This document shows positions 25,554 to 32,550 of a stretch of 32,550 nucleotides of DNA, piece after piece. Every line of letters starts with the position of its first letter. Position 1 is the stretch's first letter. The notes under the pieces were generated by a model. That model had not been told where the DNA came from, ran no database searches, and worked only from the letters and a program-made list of their open reading frames with translations. The position numbers and the translations under genes are program-made. The stretch comes from a virus (Duplodnaviria > Heunggongvirae > Uroviricota > Caudoviricetes), in the IMG/VR virus record IMGVR_UViG_3300026521_000088, positions 1 to 32,550 of that record, one strand, 5' to 3'.

Positions 25554-26820
25554 CTAAAATTGTTATTTTTCCAGAAGCATAAGTCCAAGTATCATCATCT
25601 TTACTACCTTGAATACTATATGTACCTTCTCCAACATTTGCTACAGAATCTGAATCTATAGCAAATTCTATATTAGCATCATTTACTGTACCATCAGTTG
25701 TATATGTAGTCCCATCTATAACTATATATAGCTTAAATGTTATATCATCACTATTAGTATCACCATATACAGATAACATAGTCTTTAATGGTAATGTGTC
25801 TGTTTTAAATCTACTTATATCTCTAATATTAGTAGAACCTTGATAATCAAATTTAAGTTTATCTGGTGTTACATCATCTTCACTATAATCAAGTAAAGGA
25901 GCTTTAAATTTATTACCTAATCTTTCAGCTAAATTATTATATGTATCAGTAATATGTGGTGTACTAATACTAGGTGTAACAGACTCTAATGATGTATCAG
26001 AGAATACCATAGCCCAAGCTTGTAATTGTGTATCATACAACTTTTGTTTAGCATTATCGTCAAAACCTTCTGCTTGTCTATTATACAAAGCTGTTTGAGC
26101 AGTATTTAACATAGTACTGTTTGCACAATCACATTTATACTTCTCAATTTGTTGATCTTTTAACGCACATTCATGTTCAGCTCTACAATTATCTCTCTCA
26201 GAAGCTACACCAATTTCTGTTGTAGTTGCTTCAATATTATCAACTGTAGCTTCAAGTTTTTCTATCTCTTTAGGTAGTACATTATCTGTCTCATAAATAA
26301 TTTTATCTTTTTGAGCTTCTTTTAAAGCACATTCTGATTGAGTCTCACAATCTCTTCTAGCTGATTCTAAGGGTATTTCATCTTTTTGAGCTTCATTTAA
26401 TTCAACTTTAGATTGAGTCTCACAATCTCTTCTAGCTGATTCTAAGGGTATTTCATCTTTTTGAGCTTCTTTTAAAGCACATTCTGATTGAGCTAAACAA
26501 TCATCTCTTTCAATTTTTTTATTTATTTCACCTATTTGTGTTTTAAGTAAACAAGTTTCTAGTTGAGCTTTATATAATCCTAATTCAAAAGTTATAGCAT
26601 TTCTCATAGCTTCTGCTATCATTGTACTATATACATCACCTGCAGTTTTTTCGGTAATCTCACCTTTCTTTTTAGCATCTTTTATATGAGCTCTAGTAAG
26701 TAACATTAAGTCACCTACTTTACCACCATTTTCTATGGTTTTATCACCAACTACTCTATCCCATTCAGGTACACCAATTGTACCTAAATCAGTACAAGAT
26801 ACTAGTATTTCATCTGCCAA
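25540..26820 (-). CDS. Minor virion structural protein (N4 gp54-like), TTG start, Cys-rich coiled-coil repeats
   Basis: LMLLTRAHI...GEIT...DVYSTMIAEAMRNA and QTALYNRQAEGFDDNAKQK...QAW resemble gp54-family motifs. SD AAGGAG lies 6 nt before the TTG. Confidence 0.7.
   Translation of the reverse strand: MADEILVSCTDLGTIGVPEWDRVVGDKTIENGGKVGDLMLLTRAHIKDAKKKGEITEKTAGDVYSTMIAEAMRNAITFELGLYKAQLETCLLKTQIGEINKKIERDDCLAQSECALKEAQKDEIPLESARRDCETQSKVELNEAQKDEIPLESARRDCETQSECALKEAQKDKIIYETDNVLPKEIEKLEATVDNIEATTTEIGVASERDNCRAEHECALKDQQIEKYKCDCANSTMLNTAQTALYNRQAEGFDDNAKQKLYDTQLQAWAMVFSDTSLESVTPSISTPHITDTYNNLAERLGNKFKAPLLDYSEDDVTPDKLKFDYQGSTNIRDISRFKTDTLPLKTMLSVYGDTNSDDITFKLYIVIDGTTYTTDGTVNDANIEFAIDSDSVANVGEGTYSIQGSKDDDTWTYASGKITILDDAE
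26305..26492. repeat. 75-bp tandem repeat, ~2.5 copies (25-aa unit EAQKDEIPLESARRDCETQS[KVELN/ECALK])
   Basis: ATCTTTTTGAGCTTC recurs at 26305, 26380 and 26455, with near-identical DNA between copies. Confidence 0.9.
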
Positions 26821-26860
26821 CTATAACTCCTTATATAATACATATATTATAACTATATCA

Positions 26861-26888
26861 GAACCAAATATTTTAATATATTTGGCTC
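26861..26888 (-). terminator. Hairpin downstream of the gp55-like gene
   Basis: Minus-strand GAGCCAAATAT-ATTAAA-ATATTTGGTTC gives an 11-bp stem with one G:U pair. No strong U tract. Confidence 0.4.
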
Positions 26889-26896
26889 CAATATAA

Positions 26897-27481
26897 TTAA
26901 TTAATTAACTCAATCTCATTATTTTCTATAATAGTTTGTCTTTCACCAAGCTTCTTAAGTTCTTGTTTAGTAAGTGGTGCTAACCTTTCAATACTATACA
27001 TTGGACCTTTTTTATATGTAGGTTTTTTACCATCTTTAAAATTTCCAGGTACAGATATTTTACAAGTAGCTTTTTCAAGTATTCTTAATGCACCTACTCT
27101 TACATGCCAAGGAGTATCAAATACAATTTTTTCTGTCTGATGTCCAATTAAGTCATTACCCCAAGTTAACCACTCAAATTCTGATGGTGTTTGAGTTTTT
27201 CTATTATCTCTAATAATAACTCTAACTTTAGGCATAAGTTCACTAATTTGGACTTTTCTTTTAATAGCTTTTTTCTCAGCTTTAGATAGTACCTTTTTCT
27301 TTGGTTTTTCTTCAACCACATCTTTCTTAGTAACTTCTATATCTTCTATATTCTCTATAGCTGCTACATACTCTTTTTTAGTAGGTTTGTTCAAATTTTC
27401 AGCTTGTACTACTATACCATTTTCTTCACAATAAGTTTTAAGCTCTGCTACTTTCATAGCATTTAATTCTACATCTGTCAT
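26897..27481 (-). CDS. N4 gp55-like protein with an N-terminal Rho-N/HeH-like helical domain
   Basis: N-terminal LNAMKVAELKTYCEENGI. C-terminal RVIIRD...WGNDLIG...PWHV..GALRIL resembles gp55-family proteins. Lies directly after the capsid gene. Confidence 0.65.
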   Translation of the reverse strand: MTDVELNAMKVAELKTYCEENGIVVQAENLNKPTKKEYVAAIENIEDIEVTKKDVVEEKPKKKVLSKAEKKAIKRKVQISELMPKVRVIIRDNRKTQTPSEFEWLTWGNDLIGHQTEKIVFDTPWHVRVGALRILEKATCKISVPGNFKDGKKPTYKKGPMYSIERLAPLTKQELKKLGERQTIIENNEIELIN

Positions 27482-27544
27482 ATTTATCCTTAAATTTTTT
27501 ATTTAATATTATAACCTATATAAGATTAAGTTATAGTAGTAAAT

Positions 27545-27577
27545 AAAAAAGAGTAAGCATAATTACTTACTCTTTTT
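27545..27577 (-). terminator. Rho-independent (likely bidirectional) terminator after the major capsid gene
   Basis: AAAAAGAGTAAG (27546-27557) and CTTACTCTTTTT (27566-27577) form an inverted repeat with an 8-nt loop and a U run on each strand. Confidence 0.8.
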
Positions 27578-27591
27578 AGTATTAGCTATTA

Positions 27592-28926
27592 CTAGCTCTC
27601 TTTCAGTGAACAGTTAATCATACGAATCCACTCTGGATGTAAGAACATAATACCAAAGTACCATGAAATACTCATTACACCTGTATTACCAAATGCATCA
27701 TAACCTTGTGTAATATCACCAGGCATTTTAGTTTTAACTTTAGCAACATCTCCTTCAAATCCAATAGTAGCAAATGACTCATTACCTACAAATAGGATAG
27801 GGAATACATCATATCTTTCTTCACCATCTGAACCAATACTTGAATATCTGTTTGCTCCATCTTCATCATCATCATCATCACCAGTCTTAGCACCTTGACC
27901 AGCATAACTAGCCATATCTTCAACTTCAATAAATCTAAACTGTCCAATAGAACCAATCTCACCATCTGCTACAGTAGTTGCTCCTGCATAAGTTTCTACA
28001 GGTTTCCATACTTTAACACCATTATGTTCCATATCTTCAAGAGTAGGTAGTGCTTCAGTAGGTACATATACATATCTAGCTTTACCAACAACTCTAGTAT
28101 CAAATTTACTTTGACCAGTAATAATCTTAGTATCTTTAGGAGCTCTAGCTAGTGTTAAAGATCTTTCCATTTTACGAAGTGATTCATAAGTTAGAATATC
28201 TCCAGCACCTACTTCATCAATAGCTGTAGCATCACCAGCAAATACTCTGTTTTGTTCAGCTTGACCAATAAGAGCATTTCTAATTTGAGCTTCTCTAATA
28301 GTACCTTGCGCTGCACCCATTTCTCTAGACATTCTAGCTTTTAGAGTTTTTTCTGTATCCATTTCAAGAGCTTTTTTAGTAAATTCTTGGAAGAATCCAT
28401 ACTCTTCAATCTGAGCTTCAATAACAAGTCTTTTCATACCAACTCTGTTTACCCAACCACCTTCTTCTGATAGGATAGGGAATGCTCCATTTTGAATAGC
28501 TAAATCTTTAGATGTACCATACATATTACCATTACCAGTTCTAACAGTACCATCTTCACCAGCTTTATCTTTAGCCTTATCTTCTGTAGAATAACCTGTA
28601 TTATTATCTGCATCAGCATCATCTGTAATTCTAACACCATCAGCATCATAAGCATACCATACACCAGCTAGTACTTTTACACCATTAGCATCAATACCTT
28701 CACTGTTAATGTTTCTATCATCAAGAATTGGTAGATCATGGTATTTAACCATTTTATCTCCATAATTTTTCTTTTGCATCAAAGGACTACCTAATTGTGA
28801 GAATACCTTAGTTCTTGCTGCTTCAATTACTGCTCTTCTAGACCAATACTTATCATTAATCTGTCTACCAATACTTGAGTTAGTTGCTGATGGTGCATAA
28901 CCACCTTCGTTAAATGACTGTGCCAT
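27592..28926 (-). CDS. Major capsid protein, N4-gp56 family
   Basis: PILDDRNINSEGIDANG, GNMYGTSKD, LSEEGGWVNRVGMKR, GFFQEFT, DTRVVG.ARYVYV, GEIGSIGQFRFIEV, YDVFPILFVG.ESFATIGF and SISWYFGI closely follow the N4 gp56 motif series. Confidence 0.96.
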   Translation of the reverse strand: MAQSFNEGGYAPSATNSSIGRQINDKYWSRRAVIEAARTKVFSQLGSPLMQKKNYGDKMVKYHDLPILDDRNINSEGIDANGVKVLAGVWYAYDADGVRITDDADADNNTGYSTEDKAKDKAGEDGTVRTGNGNMYGTSKDLAIQNGAFPILSEEGGWVNRVGMKRLVIEAQIEEYGFFQEFTKKALEMDTEKTLKARMSREMGAAQGTIREAQIRNALIGQAEQNRVFAGDATAIDEVGAGDILTYESLRKMERSLTLARAPKDTKIITGQSKFDTRVVGKARYVYVPTEALPTLEDMEHNGVKVWKPVETYAGATTVADGEIGSIGQFRFIEVEDMASYAGQGAKTGDDDDDEDGANRYSSIGSDGEERYDVFPILFVGNESFATIGFEGDVAKVKTKMPGDITQGYDAFGNTGVMSISWYFGIMFLHPEWIRMINCSLKES

Positions 28927-28944
28927 TGTTTACCTTTTATTTAT

Positions 28945-30171
28945 TTAATTTAAACTATCAATATACTTGATGAATGCTTCATCATCTAAATCTTTTAATG
29001 GATCTATTTTAGGTTTACTTCTAGTTTGTGTTTTCTTTCTTTTACTTACAGAAGATGCTTTTCTTCTAGCAGCTTCAACCTCTTTGTTTATTGCACCAAC
29101 TTTTTTAGAATAATCTTGTACTATATCTTCAGGTAATGACCATGTTCTCTCCTGTACTGGTTGTTGAGTTTGTATTTGTTGAGCATACTCAGCTTCTAGT
29201 TCTTGTAAAGCTATACGATATTGATCAATAGAAGAATAGCTAGAGTATGTTCTATCATAGTCTAATGCTCTTTTTTGATCCATTCTAGCTTTAACAATAT
29301 CATAAGTACCTGTTTTAATATGCTCTACTAAATCTTTACTGACAGCTTTATTATTGATAAGTTCTAGTACACTATCATCATCCCATTCTTTAGATATGAC
29401 TTCAGAAACTTTACTATCTACACCATTAGCTTTAGAGTAATCTAACACCTCTTCTAAACCTAGTTCTACACTGCTAGGTAGATGATCTTTAGGTTGATAT
29501 TTAATATCTTCTAAATCCATACTAAATGGATCAATTTCAAGTTCTTTAATATGTTTCTTTAAAGCTTCTGTATCACCTTCTAATAATTGTAATGCAAAGT
29601 TAAATCTATCTTTATCTTGTACTAAACCTTTTTCTTCTAAAGTCTTTATAAAGCCTTTATAAGGTTTAATTTGCTCCATTTTAGATGCATAATTTGCAGC
29701 CATTTGTTGAGCTTGTACTACTTTTTTAGGATCTGTAAAACCTTTAACTTTTACACCATTTGCTGTAAATTCTCCAGTAACTTCGTTATAGAAGTTTTTT
29801 ATAGGTTCTACTTCTTTTAATAATTTTTCATATTGTTCTTTATAATTAACTTCTTCTTCATTAGTATCAGATTTATCAACATCTTTAGTCTCATCTTCAA
29901 CTTCTTCAGGTTCAGCACCATTATCATCAACATTGTCATCAACTTCTTCTTCAACTTGAGCGTTCTCTGTATCATCATCTGATTCTATATCATCAGTTTC
30001 AGAAGAATTATCTAGAACTTCTTCTTCATTTTCTGGTTCTACAGTTTCTTCAGATGGCACTTCTGTTTCCTCAATCTCTGAGTCTGTATCAAAATCTTCA
30101 CTTATAAGGCTATCTAGATGAGCTTCAAACTCCTCATCAGATAGGTTATCTATATTAATACCATCACTCAT
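28945..30171 (-). CDS. N4 gp57-like protein (probable scaffold)
   Basis: Very acidic N-terminus, FTANG...VVQAQQMAANY..KM..IKP motif and a basic C-terminus. Lies immediately upstream of the capsid gene. Confidence 0.8.
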   Translation of the reverse strand: MSDGINIDNLSDEEFEAHLDSLISEDFDTDSEIEETEVPSEETVEPENEEEVLDNSSETDDIESDDDTENAQVEEEVDDNVDDNGAEPEEVEDETKDVDKSDTNEEEVNYKEQYEKLLKEVEPIKNFYNEVTGEFTANGVKVKGFTDPKKVVQAQQMAANYASKMEQIKPYKGFIKTLEEKGLVQDKDRFNFALQLLEGDTEALKKHIKELEIDPFSMDLEDIKYQPKDHLPSSVELGLEEVLDYSKANGVDSKVSEVISKEWDDDSVLELINNKAVSKDLVEHIKTGTYDIVKARMDQKRALDYDRTYSSYSSIDQYRIALQELEAEYAQQIQTQQPVQERTWSLPEDIVQDYSKKVGAINKEVEAARRKASSVSKRKKTQTRSKPKIDPLKDLDDEAFIKYIDSLN

Positions 30172-30556
30172 TATCTACTCTTTTAAGTTCAACTTTCATA
30201 TTTTCTAATTCTTCAAGTTTCTCTTTAGAAAAAGTATTGTTAATCTTAATTGTTTCAAAGAATGTTTTAAGTCCTCTAATATTATCTAAGAATCCTGTAA
30301 GATTTTGTAATTGATCTCTTTTCATATAAGTAGGGTTTGTAAGAGCTTCTACAACTCTATTAACTTCTTCTGTAAAATAAGCTTCTTCAATTACAATTTT
30401 ATAATCTTCTGACTCTTGTAATCTTGTTAGAGCATCACTAACTCTAATATTCTTCTTTACTTCAATTATTTGATCTTCAACATCTTCAAGTTGTTCTTCA
30501 ATAGATATTTCATCAAACTCTAGTTCTGGTTGTGTAAAGTTGTCTGTATTCGACAT
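30164..30556 (-). CDS. N4 gp58-like protein (start corrected to MSNTDNF, 130 aa)
   Basis: SD AAGGA precedes ATG 30556, while the track's 30610 start has no SD. Motif LTRLQESEDYKIVIEEAYFTEEVNR. Synteny between portal and gp57-like genes. Confidence 0.7.
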   Translation of the reverse strand: MSNTDNFTQPELEFDEISIEEQLEDVEDQIIEVKKNIRVSDALTRLQESEDYKIVIEEAYFTEEVNRVVEALTNPTYMKRDQLQNLTGFLDNIRGLKTFFETIKINNTFSKEKLEELENMKVELKRVDNE

Positions 30557-30594
30557 TGCTTTCCTTTTAATATAGTTTATTGTTTTAAATTTAA

Positions 30595-30625
30595 GATACT
30601 GTAACAGCATTGCTTATACAGTATC
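30595..30625. other. 31-bp imperfect palindrome in an intergenic gap
   Basis: GATACTGTA-AC-AGC-ATT-GCT-TA-TACAGTATC. Confidence 0.7.
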
Positions 30626-30638
30626 ATACCATAATTAC

Positions 30639-31199
30639 TTAATTAATTGCAATACTTTTTGCATATTCTGTTAAATTAGGTGTAGAGTCTGGAGCTACAG
30701 CTACTTCTTGACCATTAGCTTGAGCCTGTTGAACTTGTTCAGCTTGTTGCATTCTAGCCATTTGATACTCTTGTAAACCATTAATAAGTTCTGGGTCTTT
30801 AATAGTCTTAATAACTTTATGAATATCTTCATCACTTGCTCCTTGAGCTACCATATCATCAAGATATGAAGCAATTTGTACCACTTGTTGAGCTACTTCA
30901 GGATTAGATATACCACTTATATTGTTATCTTGACCACTAGCATCTCTTCTACCAACACCTTGTACAGCTCTTGCACCATCATCTACACCAGTAGCATAAG
31001 CTTGTTCAGCCATAGCTTGTTGTTCCATCTGAGCTTGTTGTTGCATTTGTTGCTCGTATGCTCTTTGTTGCTGTAATTGATTTAACTTCATATTACTAGC
31101 TTTATCTACTTCTCTTGCCATTCTAACTTGTTCTCCTAATCTTTGATTATCTACTGCTTGATTTTGTCTAGCTAATTGTGCTTGTAATGTAGGCATCAT
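30639..31199 (-). CDS. Gln/Ala-rich hypothetical protein, 186 aa
   Basis: SD GAAGGA lies inside the portal 3' end; 32-nt overlap with portal; Cys-free; no recognisable family. Confidence 0.7.
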   Translation of the reverse strand: MMPTLQAQLARQNQAVDNQRLGEQVRMAREVDKASNMKLNQLQQQRAYEQQMQQQAQMEQQAMAEQAYATGVDDGARAVQGVGRRDASGQDNNISGISNPEVAQQVVQIASYLDDMVAQGASDEDIHKVIKTIKDPELINGLQEYQMARMQQAEQVQQAQANGQEVAVAPDSTPNLTEYAKSIAIN

Positions 31200-32550
31200 T
31201 AGTTCCTTCTATATCATCTATAATGTTATCAGTAGTTATAGTATTTACAGCATTAACATTATTTTTTTGTTTAACAGATTCTAACTCTTTTTTAGCTATA
31301 TGAGATAGTTCCATATCCTCTAGTTGTCTTTTTCTATCTGTACCATCAGCTTTTTGTGCAAATTCTAGTTTTGCTAAATCTGCCTTTTCTTCAAGTACCA
31401 TTGCTTGAGCGTTTTTAAGTCTTGCTGTAGCTATATTCTCCTTTGTCTCAGATTGTAAGTTTTGAGCAGTTCTACTGTTTCTTTCTGCAATTTTACTATC
31501 TTCAGATTCAATACCTTTAGCAATATCTGCAATTTCTAGTTTAAGTTTTTTAATTTTTAATTCAGCTTCTTCTAGTGCTAATTTCTTTAATTCTTCTTGT
31601 GCTGGGTCTGGTTCTGGTTCAAATGATAAGATTTGTTGTTCTAAATCTGGTTGTTTTTTTAATCTAGCAATCTTACCTAATATAACCTTTTGCAATCCTG
31701 GATCCATATTAGGTCCAATAGTTTGTAATAAAAATGTTAAATCTTGAGCTTCTTGAGAATCTTTTTCAGGAGTAGATACATCTATAATAATATCAAACTC
31801 ACCTTTAATATCTTGTCTTTTTACTGTAACATATTCAGAATTTGTTATTCTTACTACTTCTTCTTCATCTAAAAATGCTTGGTTCATTGCTATAGTTTTA
31901 ACTGCTAAATCTTTAAATAAGTTATTAGACAATCTTCTAAGTATTGATAACTCTCTTTTAGCAGTAGCATCTAAAGAACTTCTAATACCTGTTGCTACAT
32001 TACCTAATGCTTGTGAACCAATACCTTGACTAAATGCTTTAGTACCTGTTAATGATTCTGTATCATTATTAGCATAATTAATCATTTCAAATACTGATCT
32101 AGGTACATCTTCAATAGTAGATTTATAGATAGAATTTTTAGCAGACATACCTGCTCTAGTATATACTGTTCTACCTGCTTTATAGTTAGCTTTTTGTGTA
32201 GCAGATAATAATGTCTCATCAATAAACTCTTGTCCTACTGCTATATCAGCTGTAATATCATACATTGCTCTAGTCATTCTACCAATAGCATTTTGATTTT
32301 CTATTAATAAATCACCATCAGTTTCACCATAAAAACTATTTTTTACTGGCATATATGAAGCTATACTAAATGGTAATCCATCAAAAGGATAAGGACTCTT
32401 TTCTAGTCTGATTAAAGTTTTACCTACCCAAGTAGCTACAATTACTTCTGTTTGACCATCTCCGTTAATATCCCAATAACCCCAGTATTCATAAGCTCTT
32501 AGCTTTCTTCTAGGTTTGTCTCCAAATTCAAAAGATGTATCACTATAATC
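31168..32550 (-). CDS. Portal protein, N4-gp59 family (5' end outside the window)
   Basis: The frame is open to the right edge: ...RRKLRAYEYWGYWDINGDGQTEVIVATWVGKTLIRLEKSPYPFDGLPF...YMPVK...YGE.D..L...NQ...ESLTGTKAFSQGI...VATGIR.ALDA..KRE..ILRRL, typical of N4 portal. Confidence 0.95.
   Translation of the reverse strand, partial: DYSDTSFEFGDKPRRKLRAYEYWGYWDINGDGQTEVIVATWVGKTLIRLEKSPYPFDGLPFSIASYMPVKNSFYGETDGDLLIENQNAIGRMTRAMYDITADIAVGQEFIDETLLSATQKANYKAGRTVYTRAGMSAKNSIYKSTIEDVPRSVFEMINYANNDTESLTGTKAFSQGIGSQALGNVATGIRSSLDATAKRELSILRRLSNNLFKDLAVKTIAMNQAFLDEEEVVRITNSEYVTVKRQDIKGEFDIIIDVSTPEKDSQEAQDLTFLLQTIGPNMDPGLQKVILGKIARLKKQPDLEQQILSFEPEPDPAQEELKKLALEEAELKIKKLKLEIADIAKGIESEDSKIAERNSRTAQNLQSETKENIATARLKNAQAMVLEEKADLAKLEFAQKADGTDRKRQLEDMELSHIAKKELESVKQKNNVNAVNTITTDNIIDDIEGTNDAYITSTIS

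Noticed and set aside
23931-26492. CRISPR array or DGR template/variable repeats
   Set aside because: The repeats are in-frame coding tandem units without unique spacers; no reverse transcriptase gene or adenine-specific mismatch pattern is visible.
28945-30171. Tape-measure annotation sometimes given to gp57 homologs
   Set aside because: N4-like phages are short-tailed; the position before the capsid gene and the acidic/basic ends fit a scaffold better.
30557-30610. Longer start (MLLQYLKF...) for the gp58-like ORF
   Set aside because: It has no SD and overlaps a palindrome; ATG 30556 has a clear AAGGA.
20383-31076. + strand ORFs 20383-20595 and 30876-31076
   Set aside because: Antisense shadows of real genes with no independent support.
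1-32550. tRNA, rRNA, integrase, transposase or N4 vRNAP hairpin promoters
   Set aside because: None recognisable. Intergenic gaps are short, and vRNAP promoters are expected in the early region outside this window.

Overview
Late (virion) region of an N4-like (Schitoviridae-type) phage, very AT-rich (roughly 25-30% GC by eye), with almost all genes on the minus strand. From right to left it encodes portal (cut by the window edge), a Q-rich orphan, gp58-like, gp57-like scaffold, N4-gp56-type major capsid protein, gp55-, gp54- and gp53-like virion proteins (with a GNAT-like gene inserted), and two small putative ejection proteins. A block of four giant genes follows. The first (2713 aa) carries the N4-type virion RNA polymerase (vRNAP) core. 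The last (1337 aa) looks like the HExxH plus C-terminal part of N4 vRNAP. Between them lie a 1293-aa SLOG/DUF4326/macro-like/NADAR/AlkB polyprotein and a 987-aa metallopeptidase/nucleotidyltransferase/P-loop polyprotein. The standout observation is cysteine placement: the four proteins (6330 aa) contain only 7 Cys, and 6 of these sit within 4 residues of the protein ends that face a gene junction, while the two outer ends have none. This fits a head-to-tail disulfide-linked injection chain with swappable anti-defence cargo, which remains a hypothesis. An amidase, two small + strand ORFs missed by the ORF track and the end of a + strand gene close the left side. All family assignments come from motif recognition by eye; no searches were run.
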